Positions 1-10,928 of a stretch of DNA of 64,000 nt are shown piece after piece. The stretch spans positions 14,694,001-14,758,000 of the forward strand of contig OX597815.1 of assembly GCA_951406725.2 (NCBI GenBank), in the 5' to 3' direction. A model generated the notes under the pieces. It was given only the letters and a program-made list of their open reading frames with translations. It did no database searches and was not told where the DNA came from. Numbering within the stretch: the first letter of the stretch is position 1; each line of letters opens with the position of its first letter. The position numbers and the translations under genes were made by a program. This DNA comes from Octopus vulgaris (lineage: Eukaryota).

Positions 1-124
1 TATCACAGTGATATGGTGCTTCCCCTGCATGAATTTGTTTGTGTTGATTGAGTTTACTTTCTTCTAAGAATGACTCTTTGCAGATGTCACAGTCATATGA
101 TGATTTTCCTAATTCTTCCGACAT
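1..124 (-). CDS. Poly-C2H2 zinc-finger gene G0, 5' end of CDS (runs off left edge)
   Basis: ATG at 124-122; translates [41 protein letters not shown], the same N-terminus as G1-G4. Confidence 0.93.
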   Translation of the reverse strand, partial: MSEELGKSSYDCDICKESFLEESKLNQHKQIHAGEAPYHCD

Positions 125-885
125 CTCTTCAAGAAAAATAAAACTGAACCTTTAAGTTGTACAGATCAACAACTTTTCAAAAATATTTCTTCTCTCACCA
201 AAATATATGGATATTTTTCTTCTTTCGTTTTTATAGTTTATTCCAAACAAATATCACTTCTCTTATATTTCTTCTAAATGTGATCAATGCCAATATTTAA
301 AAATGCCGCAAGTACTCTTTGGAAATCTATCAAAGTATATTTAAAAGAGAAAATTATCTCTTGCACATTTCAGACACAGAAGTAAAGAAATGCTTTCTCT
401 CTCAGAGGAAATATTTTACTGTAACTCAGCAACGTTTTATAGAAGCAGGATTATACGTTTATCGAATATCTTTGCAGAGTCTTTTAAACATGAAACACAT
501 TGATGATTCTTCAAAAGTAAAAATTACTTTTTAGCCAATTTCATGTGATTTTCTGAAAGAATACGAAGGTAATATAAGATATCAAGTATGTTTAAAAGGC
601 AGATATTCAAAAGTGCAAATTTACGACATTTCTTGTTTCAAAAATTTTAGATGTAATTCTTTATCTGTACTATTAAATTTATCCAATTTCTGCATTACCA
701 AAATGTTTATATCATAGAGGAGACACATCTATTATAATACCAACTCCTGGAATATAAAGTCTGTCATAGACACAATTCCACACACACACACACCAATATA
801 CATATAAATGACACTAGATTTCTGATGTTTTCATTGCAGTCTTGTATCTTTGTTTGCTAAAATAGATATCGCTCTTTCCCTAACT

Positions 886-1186
886 TCATCATCATCGTTT
901 AACATCTGCTTTCCATGCTGGCATGGGTTGTGAGGTTTGACTGAGGACTGGCAAGCCATGAGGTTGAACAAGGTTTCAATCTTATCAGGCAAGATTTCTA
1001 CAGCTAGATGCTGTTTGAGTGTGTAGCGGTTGCCTTTTATATGTGCCACGGAGCCAGTCAGGTAGCATTGGTATCGACTATGCTTGAATGGTGCCTTTTA
1101 ACGTGCCACCGGCACGGGTGCAAGTCAGGCAGCACTAGCATCAATCATGCTCAAATGGTACTTTTTACATGCTACCTGCATGGGAG
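886..1186 (-). mobile_element. 3' tail of RTE-type LINE/partner SINE ((GAT)n tail) in ZNF intron; copies ~13820, ~26755, ~39697, ~47923
   Basis: catcatcatcgtttaac...catgggttg...gatttctacagct motif is shared with many dispersed copies at 56-64 kb, one of which is contiguous with an RTE ORF2 C-terminus. Confidence 0.75.
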
Positions 1187-1424
1187 CCATATATACAAAT
1201 ACATGTATATATATATATATACATATATATATAAGGTTATCTCAACGTTAATATTTTGCTGAGCATAAAAGATGAATAAATGTCAGTAAATAATATTGAT
1301 GTCTCACTAACAGCATCAAAATCTTTGTGGGGAAATTTTAATGTAGGAAAAATTATTGGTTGATGTGGAGAATGAAAGCCAGATTCCTCCAAAGAGTTTG
1401 GCGCGTCCTGAAGAAGGCAATGTG

Positions 1425-1550
1425 CTGTTGAAATGGCCACCACGTTCACCTGAGCTGACATCTTGCCATATGTTTCTCAGGGAGGGCCTAGTCTATGTCT
1501 CCCCTCTTCCTGCAAGCCCAGAGGAACTTAAGCAGAGAATTATTACCATA
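1425..1550 (+). mobile_element. Tc1/mariner-superfamily transposase C-terminal relic (copies ~14365, ~27325, ~40240, ~48480)
   Basis: WPPRSPELT(S/P)CHFFL...VY..P..EELKQRI matches the WPPRSPDLTPxDFFLWG..VY..ELKxRI motif. Confidence 0.75.
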
Positions 1551-2220
1551 CTGGTCGTGAGATGTGCGAAAAATAACAGTTAAATAGCTCATAAATCACA
1601 GTTCATTGTTTTCTTTTTTTGGTTGCCTGACCGAACGAATTCTCGTACGCAGAAATTTCTGAAAATTCCCCCAAATAAAAATATGTGACGAGGGATTATA
1701 TTAGGTGCTTAAAGTAGCACTACACACACACAAAAATTAAATAAATTAGAAAACCATATTAATTCTAACTTTTAATGATGCAGAAGAACCACCAGAAATA
1801 AAAACTTCCTATGTTTCAAATAAAAGCTATTCCATTTCCTCTCGATGCGATATTTGCTTTTCGTTTCAGTATTTCAAGTGCACACTCGTATTTTTATACA
1901 TTCCCCATTTCTAACTAATTACATCGTAATTTTCCCGCATTTAACGAAATTGTCGAATTTACACGTTAGAAAGAAAGATAAATGTTATCTAAACAAGGGA
2001 TTGATCCGACGTTTTTACAAATAATTTAGAAAATAACCGAAAGTGCAATGAAATGTCTAAAAGAAAACGACAACACAATAAAAGTATTAAAATTACAGCC
2101 TTTCGTATAATTTCGTCTTAGTGAGATTTTTTTTTCCTTTTAACTTTCTCAACACATCGAAACAAATAAATGTACATAATACGACACATGTATAATAGAA
2201 ATGTTTAAATAAATACTTAC

Positions 2221-2480
2221 ATAGTAATAGATATGGAGAGAAAGAGTGAAGGAGGAAGACGTGAGAACTGGAGTCTGAGTGGACAACGACAGCTTCAAGA
2301 GAATTTCTAGATTTCTACAACAAACGTTAATTAATATTTTTCAGGTCCACATAATCGTAAATGGGGTATCTGTTTCTTTAGACAGTTAATTACCAGTCAC
2401 TTGTATATATTTGATTGGATTTTCTCTTAAATATCAGTTGTCAAGTGGAACTGATCAAGCAATCAAGGTGCGTGGGAAAC
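2221..2480 (-). promoter_or_regulatory. Predicted non-coding exon 1 and proximal promoter of ZNF G0 (repeated in each unit)
   Basis: Pyrimidine-rich minus-strand segment ending at the GTAAGT donor, with an upstream CCAAT box (gattgg ~2413-2418). TSS not determinable. Confidence 0.5.
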
Positions 2481-2785
2481 AAGAACAAGAAATACTCTTA
2501 ATGAGGAAGAACAAGGGGAACTAACTCCGTATTTCTTTATTATGATTATACAATCGTTACATAGAAGGACAAATACAGGACATACATGCAAAAAACAGTT
2601 AAGAGGTTCGATTAAAAATTTTCCATAACATTTGGATTATTCATTATAAAAATTCATCTGTAAATTGTCCTTTACATGACCAATAGAATATTATAACATT
2701 ACATAAACTTTCGATCTTACCGAAGTTTTAAACCCCGGCAATTTATAAGGCCCCGCAGCTTTTGTTTCCTCTCCTCCCTCCATAG

Positions 2786-4182
2786 TTAAGCTGGGTTTCT
2801 GACACCCACCTTTTTTTCCACTTCCTTCCATCTTTTCTCATACACACCCCGTGGTAAGATCCTTCTTTTCCAGCCCCATTTTGCTCTTCAGATGATATCT
2901 GAAGTAAGTGAGCAAGCCGGGGCCCGAGACAAAGGATCCTATCGCGACTCCTTCCATTCTTGTACGCCACATGCATTCTTTTACTACTGCAACCGTGCAG
3001 TGAAAACATGCCTCACCTTCCTTCGAGAGTCCAGTTGGCGGTATCATCTTAATCATAGACTCAGCCGACAGCTGTACTCGTCCCAGATGCGATAACACGT
3101 GTTCTGCGTAACTTATCAAGTCGGACAACTTCCGACAGTGTACAAAAGCGTGCTGGACGGTTTCATCGTCCAACTCGCACCTTGGACACGTCGGTGGCAC
3201 TGAAATTCCGTGCCGCGATAACTTCTCGCGAACAGGTAAAGCATTCCTATAGCACTGCCAGGCCAGGGATCTTTGGAAATTATCCAAATACCCCGTCCTG
3301 AAAGTCTTTTTAAACAGGTTGGTAAGCTGGTCTTCGTCAAACCCCAGAGCCCCTCCTAGGACGTCGTCGTTCTTTGCCTCTACCAGCCTTCTATAAAATA
3401 CCGAGGTGGTATTTCCGCAGCCGGCCTTGCCCGCCTTGTGGATCAGCGTGAGTGCGTGTCGGCACTCCTTTTGCCATAAAGTCAGTTTCCATCTTTTGAT
3501 GCGACCGGGTTTAAAATTCTCTAAGGAGGCCGGTCTCGGGAAAAATTCCCCTGCCAGCGGACTCCACACCTTATCACCCTCCAGGTGGTGCCAGAGATGC
3601 TTCAGCCTCAACGCATGTCTGCGCATCATCAACCAAGGCATTCCTAACCCACCCTTTAACGGTTCCTGGCAGCAAACGGAGCGCCTCACAAGTGGCTTTC
3701 CTCCCTTCCACAAAAAGCGGAAAAGGATTCGCTCCAACTTGCTAAGCCATAAATCGGGGCAAGGGACAACGGTCAGGCGGTAAGTGATTACAGATGCAAT
3801 GAACATCTGTACCACCTCCACCCTTCCTTTCAAGGACAGAAACCTTCCGGACCAGGTCCGTACTATGGCCTCCACCTTGCTCGTCACCTCACTCCAGTTC
3901 CTCTCCGTTTGGGAGTCTGGTCCAAACCAAACTCCTAGCAACTTAACAGGGCCATCCGTCCAGTGTCCCACGACACTGGACGATATCGACTTGCTCCTCC
4001 AGGTGCCGAGGCGCAAGCCAACCGACTTGTCCTTGTTAACCTTTGCTCCTGCCACCGCCTCGTATCCTCTGATAGCCTCTTCCACACAAGGTAGCTGGGC
4101 CTCATTGGACACGATGAGGGTGACGTCATCCGCATAAGCAGTAACCGTCCTCCCACCTCCGATCTCATCCGAGTTACTTCCC
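2786..4182 (-). pseudogene. Tx1 ORF2 3' half (RT from just before YADD, thumb, C-terminal CPRC..H...C zinc motif)
   Basis: GRTVTAYADDVTLIV, KLLGVWFG, FLWKG..LV....C..P.KGGLG, CPRC..ETVQHAFVHC; +1 frameshift near 2863 in this copy. Confidence 0.9.
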
Positions 4183-4503
4183 AGCTACCAACCTGAAGGA
4201 CTGTTTACTTACGTGGGTCACATCCAGAACAACCAGCCTGCCTTCTGGGTCCAGAAAGACAGTACTTACCTGCAAGTCCAAGCTCTTCCTGATAAGGACT
4301 GCCATGCCTCTGCCTCTTCCTCGGCTAGGAGAAATAAATTTCTCGAACCCATTTAGAAGAGGCGAGAACGCTTGGGCCTCGTTCATCTTGGACTCGGTTG
4401 CAATAGCTATGTCCACTCCATGTGTCGTGAGGTCGTTCAGGAAACAAATTTGTTTCCATTTCGTCCCCATTCCACGTACATTCACACAACCCAGCTTAGC
4501 CAT
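4174..4503 (-). pseudogene. Tx1 ORF2 N-terminal APE-type endonuclease fragment
   Basis: MAKLGCVNVRGM..DIAIATESK..GMAVLI..DPEGRLVVLDV..FRLVA, cut just before the expected VYAP motif. Confidence 0.88.
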
Positions 4504-4529
4504 TGTCGGTGAGAGAAAAATAAATGAAC

Positions 4530-5951
4530 TTACGGTTGAGAAAGGGAGCATGACAGTTTAAATCTGCCCGCTTCCCCTTCTTCCTCCCTTGTGGTCGTAG
4601 CTGCAGGGCTCTTAACCGGCGTTGCCACCGGGCTCTGGGTAGGTGTGGTTGCCGGGGTTATAACAAGTTTACCCTCCAGTACTTCCTTTGTTACGTCTCT
4701 TATCAGTCTATTCTTTAGATGTTCTTGTAGTATTTCCTCCTTCCACTCGTCTTCCTTTATTTTTGCGAAGCGAGTGGTTGCTTTTATGTCTGTAGCCTTG
4801 CTAAATAGTTTAAATTTGGAAAATTTAAAGTATTTATATACCCTCTCGTTTTTTTCATCAAATGCAATGATATTATCATTTTTTTTTAAAGACTTTTTCA
4901 CATCTTGTTTTATGGGGAGGGGCTTGGCGAACTATTTTCCAATGAATACAGTGCCGTGGGGGTAGGGCTGGGGAATTTGCTTTGTGTGTATGTCTGCGGT
5001 GCTTGCTGATTTTTTCCTTGTTTGGGGAGGGGAGTCCAGGGTGTTATCCTTCTTTCCTCTGTGTGTCACCCGTGTGCAATCCATCCGCCTCTGCTTCCCT
5101 GCCCGTCGTCGTCCTGCTCTCCCCCTCCGCCCTCTCCCCTTCAGTGCTTGAAGCACCTTGAGGAGGGGCCTCGTTGTCTTTCCTCTCCTTTAAGCAGCTC
5201 GAGCGGACGTGACCCCTCTCGCCACACTCAAAACACCTAGGTCTGCGCCCCTCCACTGACACTCCCATGGACGCTCCATCCTCATCAAACATCCCATCGG
5301 GCAGGCTCTCCAACATCTTGTTCTCCGCCTGAACGAGGAGCTCCAGCGTCCGTCCCCTCCAGCGCACCTCCTCCCTCCCTCTCATCCGCAGAATCGAAAC
5401 CTCCCGCTCAACATTGCGCAGGACCGCCGCTGCCACCCACACTATATCACACCCTCTCGGTACGTCCTCCACCAGCAGCTCAGCCGCTCCCCACCCCCAT
5501 ACACGAGGGCAGCAACATGATATCATCATTTTTCAGGGTCAGCAGATGACACCTCTCCTGCCACCTCAGCCGAGTCAAAATGTGATTCAACAGCAGCACT
5601 GCGAGCACCTCGAACGACACGGCGAATCCCGTCCCACACCGGGGACAAGCACTCCTCGACCATCTCGCTTCTAACGTCCATAATTTTCCCCTCCTTGCAG
5701 CTATACACCTTGTATACAACTGTTCCTTCCTCTGCCTCTTGCACCTTCGCCTGCGGCGGCACAAGCTCGATTTCGCCTCCCTCCACCTTTACAAAGTTCC
5801 CAAATTCGAACAGCTGTTCGATCCTGGATTCAACGTCCATCATGGTTCCGCCCACCGCGGCCGAAAAAGACCGTTTTGCCACTTCAGTGTCCCCCAATTC
5901 ACCCGCTCCCATCGCGGGAAAATCATTCCTCGACGCCAAGTCGAAATCCAT
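4530..5951 (-). pseudogene. Tx1 ORF1 (gag-like, single CCHC knuckle), frameshifted
   Basis: Pieces 5526-5951, 5044-5529 (CFECGERGHVRSSC) and 4530-4901 lie in different frames and end 27 nt before the ORF2 ATG at 4503. Confidence 0.82.
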
Positions 5952-6240
5952 TTCTCAAAAATGTTTCAAAAACCACCTCGAAGGCAACAACAATTTCAAA
6001 CACAGAATTCTCCGCCCCGCAGGGCGAAAACCACCGTTACACAACGGGCACCGTTCAATCAACAACCAACACAAACAACGATGAGCAAAAAATCGAACTC
6101 TCTCAACAAAAGGCAGCAAACTTCTCAAAACGCAGATGAAAGTTCAAGGGAACTAACTCCAGTCTTTAAAGAATTGCGGCTCTACTTTAATAGATTTGGG
6201 ATTTTGTGAAAGAGATTTCTTCAATATTCGGCTTCATCAC

Positions 6241-6980
6241 TGTTATGTGTTGTTTTCTTCTAATGGGATAAACAACTCAATACGAAGCATAGTTATTCTT
6301 TTACGTGTTTAATTACTTTTTCATGTTACGCGAACTGGACTACATTCCGCGCAGCGACACCGGTATAACTTTAGACACAGCGTAGTAATACTTATAAAAT
6401 AGTGCCAAAAGCGGGGACGTATTCCGCACACACACGCCCACGCATATATATGAACGTGTAACATCCCTTTTTTTTTGAAAAAAAAAAGGGGTCTTTTGGC
6501 AGTTAAGACAAATATAGCAGTCTCCCTTACTCTAATGGATTGTCAGCGCGAGGTGGAAATCCTGCAGCAGAAACCGTGAGATTATTCTGCCTCTGCTTTG
6601 TAATCGAGCAGAATTAGTTACTTGTCTTTTCATTTATTTGGAAAAAACTTTATCATGAATAAAAAGAGAAAATATTTACGTTTTTTAAAATCAAAATATA
6701 CCATTGGTTTAATTGCCTAAAAAACATTTTCCGATTAATTATCCCACCGCTGCCACCATGTTATGTTTTATTTCGTTCTAATGGGATAAACAACTCAATA
6801 CGAAGCCATTGTTATTCTTTTACGTGTTTAATTACCTTTTCATGTTACACGAACTGGACTACATTCAGCGTAGTGATACATATAAACTTTATACTGTCAC
6901 TAACAAAATAGTGCCAAAAGTGGGGATGTATTCTACTTACGTATACCTGCGTATTCACACAGATATGAATGTGTCACACT
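6241..6980. repeat. Diverged ~220-bp direct duplication (6241-6462 vs ~6759-6978), present in each complete unit
   Basis: Shared blocks ttctaatgggataaacaactcaatacgaagc, gttattcttttacgtgtttaattac, gaactggactacatt and aaaatagtgccaaaag. Confidence 0.85.
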
Positions 6981-7399
6981 GTGGTTTAAAGTTTGATCAT
7001 TCTTACCCATTAAGAAAACAATATTTGGAAGCTGTCATTTTGTTCATGTAAAAAAGGGGTGTGAAATGTCAAATTATTGTGATTTTGGACTTTTTACAGG
7101 TTAATTCATACGATTCTGCAAATACGTAATATAAAAAAAACTTTGTTCAATTAAAAACAAATTACTTTTAACTATGCACTGTCCATCACCATTTCCTCCA
7201 CCACAACCATCATCTCTCTCTCTCTCTTTGTGCCTCAAATCTCACCATCAGAACATCACCACTCTGCTAAAATTATATTGCTAACTTCTCTATATCATCA
7301 ACTTCAACTGACTTTTTTAACGATGTAAGAAATATTATGTTCCCCTCTATCACATATCATGTACACTTCTCTCTGTTCCTCTTTCTATCTTACTCTTTG

Positions 7400-7850
7400 C
7401 TTTAATATATGGGTGCTTGAAACTCTTAGATAAGAATTGCTGGGACCAGTATTCCGTTTGGGACATGCTTTTGAAAAGGAAAGAAAGCATGCCCTTTTTT
7501 GGAACGACTTCTGACTGGAGACGAAAAATGGATTGCATGCTTAATGTGCAAAACTGATCCTGGAGTTTGCAGAAATATCCCCCAAGCAGCCAAAGATGAA
7601 TATCCATGGCAACAAACCCGTCCTTTGTGTTTGGTGGAAACATAAAGGCATTAATATGACCTTCTCCCATGAAACCAGACCATTCATTCTGTTGTGTTCT
7701 GTCGTCAACTGGCTAATTTGAACCAAAATATATCAAAGAACTGCGGCTGGAGATTACCAACAGAAAAGCATTAGTCTTCCAACAAGACAATGCCCGATCA
7801 TTGTCAAATAGAAAGGATTCACCCTATCTCCCTCATATTCCTTATAGTCT
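7400..7850 (+). mobile_element. Degenerate mariner transposase fragment (copies ~20335, ~33295, ~42585)
   Basis: Across frameshifts: DMLLKRKE..PFLERLLTGDEKW, NIHGNK.VLCVWW.HKGI, VFQQDNAR. Confidence 0.85.
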
Positions 7851-8206
7851 TCATTTTTATGTCGTATGTTTTTTAAACCAATATTCTTTCACCCGATGCA
7901 TTCTTAATTGAATTCTTCTCTTTTGCTTTGCATCTCTTACAGATTTAAGTCTTTAATTTTATAAATATATATTTATATAATCTTTTAGCTGTTTATCCAT
8001 TATCCAAAAACAAAAGCTCCCGGTCACTAGTCATGGCCTCGGTGTCCAGTGAGGCAATGGATTGGGTTATTCCTGAAACCAAAACACTCTAAAGTGGAGC
8101 CTGTATTGTGTCTGCATCAAAAGATAGTCGCTCATCTGCTACTCACTGAAAACTGAAGGAAATTGGAATACGGTAATTACTTAATACACTTTATGCACAA
8201 TTTTAT

Positions 8207-9300
8207 GAGGTTGTCACAGTTCTAGGACAGCACTCTTCGCCCTATGAGATGACATCTGGTGTACCACAGGGATCTGTTCTTGGCCCCTTTTATTTGTTGC
8301 ATATGTTAATGATATAGATGCCAACTTAAAGAATGCCACATTGCTGAAATATGCAGATGACATCAAGCTGTACCACGAAATAAAGAGGTCAAATCTATTG
8401 CAAGCAGACCTGGACACAATGCAGCAGTGGATCATGGATTGGCAACTCAAGCTGGCTGTGGACAAATGTACCACCATGCATTTTGGGAGGAGAAACCCAG
8501 CGTCCACCTACTCCCTCCACAACACTAGTCTCAAAAAGTCTTCAGGTGAACGTGACCTGGGTGTTATTGTCGACAGTGATTTGCGTTGGACAAAACACAT
8601 CGCTAAAATTGTCAAGTAGGCTGAGGGTGTCTTCGCATCACTCACCAAATCCTTTGTGAGCCGCACTCCGGCTATACATCTGCGGCTTTATATAGCTATG
8701 GTAAGACCTCACCTGGAATTTGCATCACTGGTCTGGAACCCCTATCTTGCCCAGGATATCAATCGTCTGGAAGCTGTTCAGCGACGTGCAACCAAAAGAA
8801 TACCCTCCATCAGGCATTTGCCATATCCTGAACGCCTTACTTCCCTGGGCATGGACACATTGAAACTCCGACGTCTGGCAGTTGAAGTGGCAGACACCCA
8901 TAAAATTATCAACCATCGTACAAACAATAACTCTGAGCACCATTTCAAACTCCACCCATCTAACACCCGTGGACATATTTACAAAGTAAGAAAACAGCAC
9001 AGTTCCCATGACTTCAGGAAACATTTTTTCATGCTGAGAGTTGCTGAAGCATGGAACAAACTGCCGGCATCAGTTGTTAGTTGTCGGAGCACTGCATCCT
9101 TCAAAACTTCCATGCTTCCTGAGATCCGCCAACGCTACACTTGATTTTCTCCCCTCCATACACACACAAGCATGTATCTGACACATACATTGTTTGCTTT
9201 CCAGACATTTCTACATTACTGCATGTACTTTATATGCACTTTCTGACAAGTTGTGGTGCACCTGAGCACTGTATGCAATAATTTCATTATTATTATATTA
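8207..9300 (+). mobile_element. 5'-truncated CR1-group LINE (RT 3' half, 3' UTR, (ATT)n tail), copy 1
   Basis: SGVPQGSVLGP, KYADD, ERDLGV, VRPHLEFA..VWNP, LEAVQRRATK, F..RV...WNKLP; in-frame TAG at 8617-8619; absent from the unit at ~43806. Confidence 0.92.
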
Positions 9301-10048
9301 TTATAAAATAAATATTTGCTCATATTTTTCCAGTTTTCTCATAAACAGAAAAAGATTACATTTTAAAATTTACATGGGCACAATTTCTTATCTGAAACAC
9401 GAGAAGTGTATACTAAAAAAATTACCTTATATGTAAAATATAGAGGTCAGAATTTAATGTAACATGGCTTACTCTGAAAACCACATCAGTGGTAACTTGT
9501 AAGCCAAGGTGATGGGTCAGAGAGCCAATACACATGTCAATTTTTAAGATTTGTAAAAAAAAAACTTAGTTCAAGTAAAAAAAAAAAACATTACTTTTCA
9601 CTTTGTATTCACCATCACAACAACCACCATCATCTGTCTCTCTCTACCTTTCTTTAACCTCTCCATCAGGACATTACCCACCTTCTAAAATTATATTCCT
9701 TACTCTCCTCTATATCACAACCTTAACTAAATATGTCCCCCTATCACGTCATACACACTTCTCACTCTTCCCGTCTCACTCATGGCCTTATCCTTTCTCT
9801 CCAATCACATGAAAGTGTTACTGTCGACCTAAGTATCGTAATGACAAGCAGAATTATTATAAGACCACCTTCCTTTACTTTTCCCACCCTCTCACCCCAC
9901 TACTCAAACTAACATAAATACACCAGTTGAACAAACAAGCTTCTGATTACATATATACACCTACAATATTTTTGTGGGTGGTTTGGATAATATTTTTTGC
10001 AAGGTAATTACAAATCACATAAGGAGACCGGAGAAAAGTTTGATATTA

Positions 10049-10054
10049 TTTATT
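10049..10054 (-). terminator. Candidate poly(A) signal of ZNF G1 (conserved in each complete unit)
   Basis: Minus-strand AATAAA ~875 nt after the stop, followed by a U/GU-rich tract. Confidence 0.4.
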
Positions 10055-10429
10055 CAGCATTACATGTGTTTCATTTCCTAATAGGAATCAAAAGCTTTTA
10101 GATGTGTAGAAAACATGAAAGATATTTCCTATAAGAAATTCTTCAGACATACATATGTGTGTGTGTGTGTGTGTTCCCTTGTCCAGATATTATGTGATGT
10201 TCGTAAAGGGCCATCATGACCGTCATACTTGTGCAGTTGTTCATTTCCAGTCCTTCACGTGAAATATGTCTCACCAGGGAAAATATTTCCTTGCTTGGAA
10301 ACAGGTGAGCATTGGTCACAAGAAAGGTACCCAGATGTAGAAAATCTCCATCAATGAATTCCATCTGATCCACAGAAGCATGAATAGGAGAATGTTAAAT
10401 GATGAGGATCATCATCATCGGGGTTCGTC

Positions 10430-10928
10430 TTCTGTATGAATGCATTTACATTTCAATAATTGATCATTTTCATAGATTGAGTTATCAGAAAAAGCTTAGG
10501 CTACAGTTATATCTTTCATATTAATAGGACTGTGTACAAACAATTCACCAATTTGAAAGAATGATTCAGGGTTAACATCACAGTGATATGTTTTCGTTCC
10601 TCAGTCAATGCTCTTTTGATTCAATAATGGATGATTTCATGTCAAAGATTTACCATAGATGTCACATTCATATAGTTTCTATATTCTGTGGATGTCTTTA
10701 TGAGATACGTCCTTTGTCCTTCTGAGGAAATGTTATACAACAAATATCACTGTGTTAGGGATGCACTTCACAAGGAAAGACTTGTTTAAATCACAAATGA
10801 TTTTGTGTAACTGATTTGCCACAGATATCACTGTGAATTGATTTTTCTTGAGTGTGAATGCATTTGTGTATAGTAAAGTGACTTTTTCCAGAGAATGTCT
10901 TACCACAGCTATCACAGGTATATGGTTT
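10430..10928 (-). pseudogene. Finger repeats in the ZNF 3' UTR: one intact in-frame finger, then progressively decayed ones
   Basis: After TAG: KPYTCDSCGKTFSGKSHFTIHKCIHTQEKSIHSDICGKSVTQNHL* (TGA 10793-10791); further finger-like relics reach ~10430 (KCIHTEDEP). Confidence 0.8.

Larger units (their letters stand above)
553..2220 (-). other. Predicted 5'-UTR intron of ZNF G0 (equivalents 13479-15155, 26414-28115, 39360-41040, 47578-49273)
   Basis: Minus-strand donor GTAAGTATTT (acttac at 2215-2220) and acceptor tattctttcAG (553); both are conserved in all five units. No transcript data. Confidence 0.65.
2530..6147 (-). mobile_element. Tx1/L1-clade non-LTR retrotransposon with both ends present and a large internal ORF2 deletion (copy 1)
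   Basis: TSD gggaactaactcc(g/a) at 2516-2529 and 6148-6161; empty site at ~41335-41348; ORF1 with CCHC knuckle, APE endonuclease start, YADD, C-terminal zinc motif; AATAAA 6 nt before the 3' end. Confidence 0.92.

Noticed and set aside
319-534. 71-aa ORF conserved in all five units
   Set aside because: Non-ATG start, antisense to the ZNF 5' UTR; conservation is explained by recent duplication.
2212-2222. ATACTTAC resembling the U1 snRNA 5' end, and the idea that Tx1 targets an snRNA here
   Set aside because: It is the reverse complement of a splice donor; no snRNA body follows and the Tx1 target matches no small RNA I recognise.
2296-2320. gaatttctagatttc as a heat-shock element
   Set aside because: nGAAn/nTTCn spacing is off by one base.
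5414-6209. Overlapping plus-strand ORFs of up to 188 aa in the Tx1 5' region and its copies
   Set aside because: Antisense to GC-rich ORF1/5' UTR, no recognisable domain, and frames vary between copies.
6530-6620. Stem-loop as possible SECIS, Helitron end or ncRNA
   Set aside because: No SECIS quartet, not in a selenoprotein 3' UTR, and no convincing CTRR terminus.
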